The notes under the pieces are model-generated. The model did no database searches. It was not told the DNA's origin and saw only the letters and a list, made by a program, of their open reading frames with translations. The translations under genes and the position numbers were made by a program. From NCBI GenBank assembly GCA_963575745.1, contig CAUYUJ010000270.1, positions 124,001 through 188,000 on the forward strand: a stretch of 64,000 nt of DNA, given 5' to 3'. This document shows, in pieces, positions 12,922 to 24,200 of this stretch; position 1 is the first letter of the stretch, and the number at the start of each line of letters is the position of its first letter. The stretch is from Prorocentrum cordatum. Its lineage: Eukaryota.

Positions 12922-14733
12922 TCACGGATGGCCAGTCGTGGTCTTGGCAAACCAACAATCTTTACCACGCGTGCATTTGCCTGTTTCTTTGAAAAGGTGA
13001 GAAATCATGTCTTTGCCTTTGCCTCTGCCCTTGTTCTTGTCTCCGTCTTTTCTGCGTTTCTCTGAACTGTTACTGGAGGCCCTGGAGCCACCATCACCCG
13101 CAGTTGAGGAGACATTGACAGCCGCGGCATTGGCTCGTTTAACTGTTCGCTCATATCCCAGAGACTGTCCCGCGTCAAGCTTCGCTTGTTCATACTTGTC
13201 GCGCTTGAGCTTCTCTGCATCGGTCAAGCCTCTGTGTTGCTTGTCGCAACCGTCTAAAAGCCCACGGCAATTCTTGGGGCCCCGCGAATAAGCATAACAT
13301 GGCAGCGAACTCTCTTTTCCGCGCGAACGGTTGGATTGACTCCTGTTCCGCTGCTGCGCTCCATTTCCACGGCCACCCGTCGGAGTCTGCGATCGGCTCT
13401 GCCCCTTTCGGCCTCGGCCGTCGGGTTTCTCAGATCTCCCTCTGGGATTCTTGTTCTGAGCTGGGGCAGCATTTGACTTGGTTCCCGCAGCCGGCTGGGC
13501 CGGTGCGGCAGCTTTGGGCTTCTTATGATTAAATGGGCATCCCTCACCTGCATTCGGGCAAATCTGGCACTTACGTGCAAACTTGCACGTCGTCTCGCCC
13601 TTAGTCAATTCGCTCTTCATAACATCCGAGGGTTTCCCGCGACGGGCTGCCACTTCTGCCAGGGCGGCTTTGCCGTTGGCATATCGACGATTGTCATTGC
13701 CATTGCCTCCACTTCCGCCTATTCGTGCCTGTCGAGCACGTTGATTCAGAGCGCCCTCATGCATGCTGGTGTTCCATTCTTCCTTGTCGCGCAACTTCAT
13801 TCCTTCAATCTGGGACATGAGCCATTCGTAGGACCTCACGCCTTCTCCTAACTTATCTTTGGACAAGTCGTAAAGTTGACACACGAAATCTAACTTCTTC
13901 GGCTTCCTGCATTGTTCGATGAAGTGTGCACGGATCGAAGCTCGCATCTCATCAGATGGAGGTCGGACGCCGCAGAGCTGCTGGTAAACGCCTGTCCATT
14001 CATCATAGAAATGAGATAAGTCAGCATCTGGCTTACTGGGGTCAATAACTACCTTGAAGATATCACGCGAAATGCGATGTTGACCCAACTCCGATCTGTC
14101 GGAACACCAATGACAAATGGCTCGTATCATCTCGCGCCCCGTTAAGAGCCTCTCCTCATTCTGGGCGCCATACTCCATTCGACTGATCTGTTGAAGGAAG
14201 TGCATGTGATGATTGGACAGATTACGATTCCTACGCATCTTGGTGAACTTATCAATCAAATTTGCTGCGATCATGATGTCAAGACGCCTGAAGCGACCTG
14301 GGTGTCTGAGCTGTTCGTTTTCTACAGCAGGGGCCATAGTTTCCATGATCCAACGCTGTGCTGCTTGAATCTCAGGAGATGATCCAGCAATAGCTCGGAC
14401 TGCATGCATCTGCCACTCCCGTATGTTTGTAACATCAGGAATGTCCATCAGATCAACCTTCTGATTGTTTCCAACCTGTCTCCACTGGTCCAAAGGGGTA
14501 CTCTCATCAAGGCCTCCCGGGTCATGTGGCCCTCCTGGGCCCTGAGGTCCGCCGCGACCACCTCCACCGCCTGGGGATCCAGGCCCCCCCGGGCCCCCCT
14601 GGGGGCGGCTTCTCTGGCCGGTCGCGGATGGCATCATTAAGTGCCGACAGAATCTCAGTACTCGGTGCGATACTACTGTCATCCCCATCCTTGTCCTGTC
14701 CTTCCCCGCCCGGCGGCGTTGCCGCTGGCGCAT
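12922..14733 (-). pseudogene. Gag core with C-terminal Cys/His (CCCH-like) fingers
   Basis: 603-aa ORF directly upstream of PR. A helical core (LDIMIAANL...LLTGREMI) is followed by CKF..CQICP...CPFNH, CYAY...C...C..QH and a third degenerate finger. Confidence 0.8.
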
Positions 14734-17570
14734 GGTCTTGATTTCCGCCAGACGGCTGGGCCGCCGGCGGTCTCACAGGCCCGCCCTTAGAGAATGAATG
14801 ATAGTTGACAAAAGTCGCGTCGTCACTGACACCTGTGAAATTCATATTGATAGGCAAACGATTCTCGGAGGCACTCGGCTTGGCCGGACCTTCGATTGCA
14901 GGGCCAGGAACAGTACAATTGGATCGCCTGACGAGCCTTACAGGCGTTTCATGTGAAAGCAAAGGTATATCAAATGAACTAGAATTGGGCAATGCATCCT
15001 GCTCCTTCTCCCAATATGGGAAGGACTTGGTGGTGATGGCCTTGAGCTTCATCACTTCTCTCTCCGATGCAACTTCGCGGGCCGGGGCCTCACCCTTCTC
15101 CCGCATGTTGACAGCTGCCCGTCTGAGCCCAGTCTAATCTGCTTATCAGCTTGCTCCTTCATTCGCTGAACATTGAGTTTATCAGCGCTGCATTCGTCCA
15201 GAAGCTTTTGCTGTTGAGCTCGAAAGTCACGATCAGCGCTGCGTTTTCGCCGCTGCTCGCCCCGCTTCTCCTGTTCTGCTGGCAAACTCTTCATTTGAGT
15301 GCATGTAGAACACCGCCTGGTGCTCGCATTGAACTGGTCTTTGCAGCTTGGCAGTCCACAAGCGGCGCATTCCCCTTCTTTCGGGTTGAAGCAAATCGAG
15401 CAACTTTCTCCATCATCCCATCTCGCGGGCTATGGCTGCGGCGCAGCCCTTACTTTCAGCATCGGCGGCATCGCGCCCCCCATGGTCGTCAAGCCAGACT
15501 GGGCCTGCGAAGACGCTGCGCCGGACGGCTGGGCCGCTGGCGACGGTCGTCTACTCGCCCCAGCCGGCTTGGCCGGTGGGCACGCATCTTCGCTTAACTG
15601 CATGCGCTGAAGAGATGCCCTGGCGTTCTCATGTAACTTGAGCTCTTCGCGATATTGATTATTATGATCGACTATCGTCGCAGCTACAATCTGGGCATTG
15701 CCCACTTCCAACCTGGCAGTTTGCAGTTGATCTTGGAGCTCCTTTTTTTCTTGTTCTGCCTGGCTGTAGCGACCCTCTTTCCTTTTATTCTCGCCGCCGC
15801 AACAGCGGCGGATGCGATCGCGGCATCAACAGGTTGACTGGTCACCGTCGCAACGGTCTGTCGTTCGGAGGCTATCATCTCAGCATATATGTTCTTGGCT
15901 TCTTCTTCCGCGCGCTGTTTGGCAGCCGCGGTCTGATGGGGCATGTGCCCCGCCAGCTCTTGTTCCCGATCTCTGGCAGCTCAAGCCAGAGCGAGTCTTT
16001 CAGCCTCGAACGTCTTCCGAACGCCCTCAGGGACTGCACTCATCTCTTCTCGGTCCAGTCGGGCCTTCTCGGTCCTCTGGGCTTCACGGCCCAGGAATTA
16101 TTGCCGAGTTTTGGCCTCAACAAACTTAGCCTGGTCCTGTGAATGAAAAGGTACGGGCAACTATGCTCTTCCATCGGAATGCAATCCTCACGCAACCACT
16201 GATTGCTACAATTGGGGCACACGTCTGAGCAATTCCTACATACTGGGCGCCTACAAGCTCCATTCGGTCTGCGGGCTTTCCCCGGGCATCTGTTCTCCGC
16301 CTGGGGCGGGCAGTTGGAGCCCCAGTTCCAGCATGTCTCGCGCATGGATATAGTACTGTTGCTCCTCGAAACGGATCGAGCTCCAGATCTTGGCATCTTG
16401 GGCCTTCCTCTGCTCGAAGCATTCGATCTGGGACGTGCGTGCGTACTCTCTGGCGGTCTAGCCGCCTCTCGAAGCTCCTCATCCCTTTCATCTTTTCTAA
16501 TCAACTCATTCAGCGAAGCCGGGGGGGTGATCATTCCATCGTCCTCAACTACAACGGGTATCGACGGTTGCCAATCGCCTGCGGCGACGGCAGTCCGATG
16601 GAATCCTTCCTGAAGCGGGGAATCGTTCAAGTCATAAGATTCATTCCTTTGCTTCTTGAGTTGGGATCTCCCGGCCATGCTTCGCATGAGTCTGAAAACC
16701 CATTTCCGCCTCATCCGCCTGGGGCGGCAGGTCACTTATCTCGGTATCCGAATCTGGTTCTGCCAACGCTTTCCCAAGGGCTTCCACGTGATCGTAGTCA
16801 ATTGTATCCTGCCCAGGGGACCACCTCTCGTCTTGGACGGGGTGGTCTGCGTCAGTTATCGAAGACAAATCTCGGCCCAATGATACTTGATAGTCGGCGT
16901 AACCAATGTCTTCCTCCATGGAATTTATGTCGTCTCCATCATCAAGCTGTTCATCACTATCTTGGCCGGTTTGCCCATTCAAGGCTGTAGGGATAGGATG
17001 AGTCCCGTGAGCGTTCCCCCATCCGTCTGGGACGGTGGGGCACACACCTCTGGACCCATCGGCTTCTCCCGACCCACTGGCTTGGCCAGCGGCCGGCACA
17101 ATAGTCCGCATAGCAATCGGGCTGGAATGTATTGTCTCCGAAGATTCGGCAACCAATGACGAAAATGCTCCTCGTCTAATTTTTGCTGTTGTGCCGTCCC
17201 GTCTCTTCGGGTCTGGGGTCTGTTCACGATCACCGATCGGGACTCGAGAGGGAGAATCGTCTCTTGACACATCAATAACCTTTCCCCTACTCCTTCCGCG
17301 AGAGACCCGAGTGGTGATAGAAGAAACGGGAAGGCGGCCCCTCCCCGGGCCGCTCTCCTGTAGTCCTTGCCCGTCACGTTGTAAAACTTGGGATCCAACG
17401 GGCAATTCGGCTGTCTCATCATAGCTCATCCCTGTTGCGACTTGGTCGCGGGTTTCGGCCAATAACCAGTCTTTCCTCTGAGAATCGGGGTAAGATGACA
17501 AAGGAACTGAGGTATCGTGATGACTCTGCTCAATAGTAGAGGATACGGGATGAGACATCGATGAAACCAC
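14522..17570 (-). pseudogene. Very long frameshifted Gag N-terminal extension (disordered, Cys-rich finger, coiled coil)
   Basis: Chain of overlapping minus-strand ORFs: 16641..17570, 16040..16735 (with CRRPVCRNCSDVCPNC...C...H.C), 15684..15944, 15430..15711, 15052..15294 and 14522..15106. Confidence 0.6.
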
Positions 17571-18859
17571 AAGTAACCGTTAAGCAACTGTACTCAGGAA
17601 TGGGAAGTGAGGAGGCCAGCAGGGCGACGACACGACAACGACGAGGGAACGACCCCTCGGCGCGCGCGTGCAAGCCCGCACGTTCCTTTTCTATCCTGTG
17701 AGCGCAGACAGCTGCGGTACACTGCCGCAGAGTCAAGGTGTGGCAAGGCAGGCAGCAAGAGAGGCAAGCGCAGTAAGAGGCGGAGAGGAGCATATTTACT
17801 TGGAAGGCGGGCCGTTCCCTGAATGGATCTCTCGCTTAGCTCCAGACACATCCATCTCAAGAGTGCTCTCAACGTTCACACAAGGGCGGATGGGAGCATT
17901 TTCAAAATGGCGCTCTCGCGCTAGCGCCGTGCACACTCGCCTTAAAAGTGTTAATGGTCACGCAAGGACGGTGTTCCCCCGCAGAGAACAGCGGCAGCAG
18001 CAAGATAAGATATAAGTCCGCTGCCCGTCGTGGGGATTATCCCACGTCACACTCAAGCCGACTCAGCCCAAGCACCCGCAAAGGCCGACAGGACGCAGTT
18101 TAAAATGGTGCTCTCGCACGGGTGTCAGGTACACAGGGTGCTTGTAGCAAACATGAAACATTAGAGGGACTTATGGCGAGAGGGGGGGGCGTATGACCAG
18201 GGGGTGTATCGCAGCATCTTCGACGCATCTTGGGTTTACTGTGGTCCTCCTTCCTCGTCCTCCCCCCCCTCCTCATCCTTCCCGCGAGGTCGCACGAGCT
18301 GGCAGCGCTGGGTGGGGGGTGGGGGGGCGGGGCAGACCACGTCCTTCGCCGAGGATTCCGCGGCCTGACGGCGGCGGGACGCTTGCTGGAAGGAAGGGGG
18401 GGCGGCGAATGCCAGACAGAGCGATCAGCGCACCGCCTTGGGGAAGGCTGGAGCGCGGGCGGTGACGCCCGATGTCTGGAGCTACAGCGCTGGGATCAGG
18501 TGCCACTGCGAACGAGCTGGGCAGCGACAGCTACAGCTCGGAAGAATTTGGAAGCCTGGTGTTAGGCATGGGTTTCGTTGGCCCCGTTTAGCATCCTCGT
18601 TTGCCCTTCGGAGGTTTATCCTGTAGAAGCCTACTCCTACATCCATATATTACATGTCTTGATTTGTCCCCACGAGCCCCGACCCTTTCCTCAGGTCTGG
18701 CTTTCATCCTGAATCGATGTCTGACGGCCGGGGGGCCCGGCGAGGCCCCCCAGAGGGCGAAAACAAGGAAAAACCTCCGTCCTGATTTTACTCAGGACGT
18801 TGGATGTCTGGGCTCCTCAACCCTCACACCTCACCCTCCATGACTGGAGAAACACAAAC

Positions 18860-19026
18860 GGCACAACCATACACTTTCGAGGCTCCGCGCAAATTTCTCG
18901 GATCGGTGCTGGACCCCCTTCCCTAGCGCGCGAAGCGCGCCACAGGAGTCGCCGGAGGGACCGCCAAGGGGGCCCAGCGCCGATCCGAGAAATCCGCGCG
19001 GAAAGACGGACATGCATGGTGATGCC
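18860..19026. repeat. Imperfect inverted repeat (MITE-like foldback)
   Basis: ccgcgc..atttctcggatcggtgctggaccccctt (~18885-18920) pairs with aagggggcccagcgccgatccgagaaatccgcgcgg (~18966-19001). Outer ggcacaaccat / atggtgatgcc also pair. Confidence 0.7.
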
Positions 19027-19899
19027 ACTTTTTCTTGTTCGAATTCGGCCGCGGGATGCCGCCCCGCTGAGCGCGCCCGAGTCGTGAGCAAGGACCGACC
19101 TTCCCGGCATCTCTACAGGCCTACAACGACATGTTTTTGGAACAACAGGCTGCCCCATGAACAAAGCAATGCTCTTATAACCCCAAACCGATTGATTAAA
19201 AATGCTGCCTCAGCCAGACATGTTATCTGATTACACTCCTCGCCCGTCGCCTCGAGAGGTTGCACAATCTATGCTTGCAACTGAGCAGGGGAGGCGGGTC
19301 GGGCAAACGATGCCTCAGTCTCTATGCCCTAGACTTTTCCTAGACGAGGGCCATGAAAACTGCTTCCGCTGCTTCGTTTTCCAGTAAAGATGCTTTGGCT
19401 GATGTGTTGTGCGTTTTGGCCATGTCAACGTTTTGGTGCCCCTGTCCGGCGGGCCCCCCAGGGCGATTCCTGACTGGGCCTGGGCGGGGGCGACGCCCTG
19501 AGAAAAGAAGCATGAATGCCCTGCGATCGTCGCCCGCGGATCTTCCTACCATGCTCCACCCACTGAAGCGCGGGCGGAGTCTGCGCCGAGGGCAGGCGGA
19601 ACGAAACATGGAGGGGCAGGGCCAAGGTTGACTCCCCCTCGAGAAATTGGCCACTGTACTTTGTTATGTCCTGCCTGGTGCAAAACACAGCGTGTGATTA
19701 GAACATGAGTTGGTGTGCTTATCCGCCACCGTGCGAGGCACGAGTTGGAGTGTCCTCAGGTCCTTCGCCTCATCCCTTAAGCCTGAATCCCCGATCCTTG
19801 AAAATTCTTTCAAGCGCCCATGCCCCACATTGTCCAAATCTCCTGGGGCGCGCCACGTGGCCCTTGGGACTCCCTGCGGTTTCTCGCGTAACTCTTGCG

Positions 19900-20065
19900 G
19901 ACCGAAGAGGGCCCCAAGACGGAGGAGGCTGCCCAGACGGTCCAAGAGGGCCCCAAATCAACGCACGACCTGTCCAACACGCTCTACATGGCCCCAAGGC
20001 GGCCCAAGAAGGCTTCGAGGCGCCCCAAGAGCCCCGAAAGTTTTCCAAGAGGGTCCCAAGAGGCA
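19900..20065 (+). repeat. CCCAAG-rich degenerate tandem repeat (also ~21440-21505, 23890-24145, 34535-34790, 41300-41435)
   Basis: Recurrent (g)cccaaga(g) units, about 10-11 bp apart where tightly tandem, on the + strand at five loci. Confidence 0.75.
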
Positions 20066-20309
20066 ATTCATGGATCCCCCGTACAATGTGTAATGATTTT
20101 CCCATCCATCCTGTGGTGTTCGGTGCTCGTTTTGAAGAGACAGCGCCCCGCGTCACACCTCCTCCCGCTGCCCCCTCCCTCCTCCCCCTCCTCCCTCCTC
20201 CCGTCCGCCTCGGCATTGCCATCGTCATCGTCATCATCGTCATCATCATCATCGCCGTCATCATGATACACATCAGCATGATCATCACCATCGCCATCGT
20301 CAGCGCCGC

Positions 20310-21235
20310 GCCCTTCACACGGTTCGTGGCACCATAGGGAGCTCCACCGAAGGCCAAAGTGGCAGCGGTTGCATGCGTCACGGCCGCCCCATGCTGGCAC
20401 ATCCCTCACACGGTTCGTGGCCCCATAGGGAGCTCCACCGAAGGCCCCAGCAAGAGCGTCCGCATGGCACCACCGCTTCATTTCGGCACACCCCTCACAC
20501 GGATCCTGGCCCCATAGAGAGCTCCACCGAAGGCCCCAGCGGGAGCGTCCGCATGGCACCGCCGCTTCATTTTTTCACACCCCTCACACGGATCCTGGCC
20601 CCATGAGGAGCCCACCGAAGGCCCCAGCGGGAGAGTCCGCATGGCACCGCCGCCCCATTGAGGCACACACCTCATACAATTTGTAACTAAAACTCCACCA
20701 ACAACTCCAGCGGGAGCGTCCACCTAACACCGCCAAACCATTTTGGAACACCCCTCACACGGTTCGTGGCCCCATAGGGAGCTCCACCGAAGGCCCCCGC
20801 GGGAGAGTCCGCCTTGCACCGCCGTCACATCTGGCACACCCTTTACGCGGTTCGTGGCCCCATAGGGAGCTGGCCCCAGCGGGAACGTCCGCATGGCACC
20901 GCCGCACCATTTTGGCACACCCCTCACACGGGTCGTGGCTTCATAAGGAGCTCCACCGAAGCGGGAGCGTCCGCACGGCACTGCCGCCCAATTTTGGCAC
21001 ATCCCTCACATGGTTCGTGGCCCCATAGGGAGCTCCACCGAAGGCCCCAGCAAGAGCGTCCGCATGGCACCACCGCTTCATTTCGGCACACCCCTCACAC
21101 GGGTCGCGGCCCCATAGGGAGCTCCACCGAAGGCTCCTGTGGGAAAGTTCGCATGGCACCGCCGCCCCATTTCGGCACACCCCTCACACGGTTCGTGGCC
21201 CCACAGGGGGAGCTCCACGGAAGACCCCACTGTCG
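20310..21235. repeat. ~89-bp tandem satellite, about 10 units
   Basis: Unit ccctcacacggttcgtggccccatagggagctccaccgaaggccccagcgggagcgtccgcatggcaccgccgc recurs at ~20403, 20492, 20582, 20752, 20921, 21003, 21092, 21181. Confidence 0.95.
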
Positions 21236-24200
21236 GCGTCCGCAGGAGTCCTCCCGACTCATCTAGACGCACCCTTCACACGTCTCATGGCAGAAGGCTA
21301 TACAGCGTACGCTACTCGGAGTTTGCGCGCCCCCCTCCCTCGTCTCATCTCCCTCGCGGCACTCGCAGCTGCATATGGCTGGGTCCTTCGTCAGGCTAAT
21401 TGGGGTCCTCGCCTTTTCGAGCTTCCTACGCTCCAGAACTGCCTAAGAGGTCCCCAAGACCGCCCCAAGACTGCCCAAGAGGCCCGCAAGAAGGCCCCCA
21501 AACGGCCGCAGACGTGCCAGCGTGCCGTGGCAGCGTGCCCGGCTTTATATTTTTCTTGTAGCGGCCAAGACTCTGGCATCTTGCTGCTTTGCATATCGTG
21601 TGTTTGTGCGCTCTTTCTGCTGCTCCTGACGGTGCTGGCAAATGTCGTTCTGGCTCTCGACTTGCGGGACGTGGTCTTCGTGCTGTTGCGCCTGGTGATC
21701 CTGAACATCGCCTTGGAGGGCCTGGTGCTCGGCTTCTCGCCAGGCCTTCTCCTGCGGGCATCCCTGATCAGATCAGCGCCAAGGGTCTTCCTGCTAAAGC
21801 TGGCGCTGGTCCTCTGGGGCCTCGCTAGGGCAAGGGCAACCAAGGGAAGGATATAGCCAACCCGTTGGTTGTGGACGCCCAGCCGGCTGCACTTCGAAAT
21901 CTTCATGCTCAAATGTTCCCTGGTGTTGCCGATGTCGCTCGACTTGCTCTCGAAACTCTTTGTGCAGAGCGGTTGGGTCTTGAAAGCCGTGGTCATGGAG
22001 GTGATATTTGGGATGACGGCGCCGACCTCCAGAGCAAGGGCAAGAACAAGAGAAAGGGGATCGCCCCGATGCAATCGCGCGAAGCATTGCCACAGCAGCG
22101 AAACTGCTGCTGTTCCTCCACGTGCCGTTCTGCGTGATCTAGGCGCCGTTCGTGCTGCTCGGCTCGCCTGACTTGATCCCCCCCTTTGTTCATCTACCTG
22201 TCCAGGGCACGGGCCAGGGGCCAGGGTAAGTACATGGGTGGGTCCTGTGAGTGCAAGGCTGCACGCGCAGTCCTCCTCCAACCTGCTGTCCTCCAGCACG
22301 TTCCGTGGCGATTCCAAAGCCCCTGGGGGTCCTCCCAGAGCCTCACAGTCCAATCCCGCGGTGAATGGATTCCCGCTCAGGGGCTCAAGGCGCTCATAGG
22401 CGCCCCAGGCACGCCCTGTGGCGATTCCGGATCCCTCTTTGGCGTTACGCCTCGTGCTTGCCCTTGGCGGCCTCTGGGCTGGAGCTCGCCTCATTGCCCG
22501 TCCGCCACTTGCCCTTGGTAGCCTGCAGGCTGGAGCCCCACTCCTTGGCCTTCCGCCTCTTGCCCTTGTCCATGTCTTTTCCCCTGCGCCTTCCTTCGTT
22601 CTTCGGCCGCGATCGCTGATACTGGAAAGTGGGGAGGGGAAGGGGAGGCGGCGGCGGAGCTCAAATGGGTACACGAATATGATTGCTTGGAAGCGAGACC
22701 GCTCGAAGCTAGATCTAGTGCCGAGAGTGCACTAACAGGAGCGGTGCGTTCGCACTGAGGGGGGCTTGAGCGCGCCTGCGCTGACCCAGATCGGAGATAT
22801 CCCTGGGGCCAGGCCGCAACAAAACCGTCGGGGCTACTGACACAGAGCAGCGACTGTATAAGCTGAACAAAAACGCTTCCAAGACTGAGGCGATGTTTAA
22901 AGAAACCGAGGTCCCCTGTCCCAGAGCGGCCTCCCGACGCGCCCAGAGAGGACCCTGGGCACCGTAGACGGCGAAGATCTTCCGCGTCGGATACCCATGG
23001 CAGGAGGGACCCTGAAGATTGTGTTTTTTGTTGTTGTTGTTGATAATTTCTGGTAACGGTCGTTTTCTGGCAGGGGGTGGGTGGGATTGGGGCCTCGGGA
23101 AGCAATATCGCTCGGGCGGGGCGGGGCACGTTGGGGCGGGGGTGCGCTCCGATCGCCATTCAGCATGTGGGAAGGGGGTCCAAGCATGGCCCCCCTACGT
23201 ACGCTCGTTACGTTTCCCGGGGGAGGGGAAGGGGGTGTATCCAAGTAACGACCGTTACGCTCCAGAGGGTGAAAGAACAATCTCCCTGAGAACCGAGGTC
23301 GCGAAACAAACTGCAACATCGCTAAAAATCCCGAACCGAATCCTTGGCCTCATCTCCATGCGGCATTTCTCGACCCGGATCGATCCGTAAAAGCCCTGGG
23401 GCACGAAGCTTGGCGAAGACATCCATTGTATAACAGATTGCCGACACTGTCGGCGTATGAGAAGAGGATTCCTGTGGTTGTCGACACAAGGGGGTGCTGG
23501 GAGACGCTTTTCCATTCGAAGCTCTTCCTCCCCTTCTGTGCAGACACCTGGGTCTCTCCAAAATCTCCAACCCGAGGTCAACCGACAGAGGTCGCAATCG
23601 AGTCGAAGGAGAGTCCCTTCCTCCTTTTGATCGATTCCCCGCCAGGGGTGAGGGTCCCCGCGGCTGGTCCCCGCGGTTGGTCCTGGGGGGTGGTGGGGGG
23701 GTGCCCCGTAAGGGAGGGGGGTGCTGAGTACCCCCCTCCCTGCAATGACTCGGAACCTCGGCCAACTTCGGCGCTTCTGGGGGTCTCTCGGCCCGTCTTG
23801 GAGACCCTGGGAGCCAACCCTAGAGGCCCGAATCGTCAGAACCCTGGATGTTCTTATGAAATTCTACGTGTCTCGCCACATCGATCGCCAAAACCCAAGG
23901 CGGCCCAAGAAGCCTCCCGAGACTGGTCCAAGATGGCCAATAAGGCCCCCACGACGGCACCAGAAGTGGCCAGAAAAGCGCGCTACCGCCGCGCCGCTGG
24001 AAGCCATCCCACACGAGATCTCCCAAAGGGCCCGCAAACTGGACCCAAGAGGTCCCAGGACGCGCCCAAGTGGCCCGCAAAGGCCTCAAGGATCCCCCCC
24101 AACAGATCCTACAAGCCCCCTAAAGCGTTTGGAAGACGCCCCAAGAGCAACGGCGGGATGGGCCGACGGCCACTCGATTTTCGCCCTTTCGCTAATGCCG

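Larger units (their letters stand above)
1..18170 (-). mobile_element. Giant degenerate Ty1/copia LTR retrotransposon with long 3' cargo region (truncated by left window edge)
   Basis: Collinear minus-strand ORF fragments in copia order gag (17570-12922), PR, IN, RT, RNase H, followed by further same-strand coding sequence to position 1. Right boundary is approximate and the LTR cannot be delimited because the second LTR is not in the window. Confidence 0.9.

Noticed and set aside
17904..18117. Repeated aaaatgg.gctctcgc (minus strand contains ccatttt) as SL relicts or LTR ends
   Set aside because: At most 9 nt match DinoSL, and without the second LTR or a clear PBS the boundaries cannot be supported.
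20310..21235. Regularly spaced repeats resembling a CRISPR array
   Set aside because: The whole ~89-bp unit repeats, with no unique spacers and no cas genes; it is a satellite.
21391..22674. 427-aa minus-strand ORF
   Set aside because: No domain motif. It starts in low-complexity DNA and ends in a CCCAAG repeat. A decayed coding fragment cannot be excluded.
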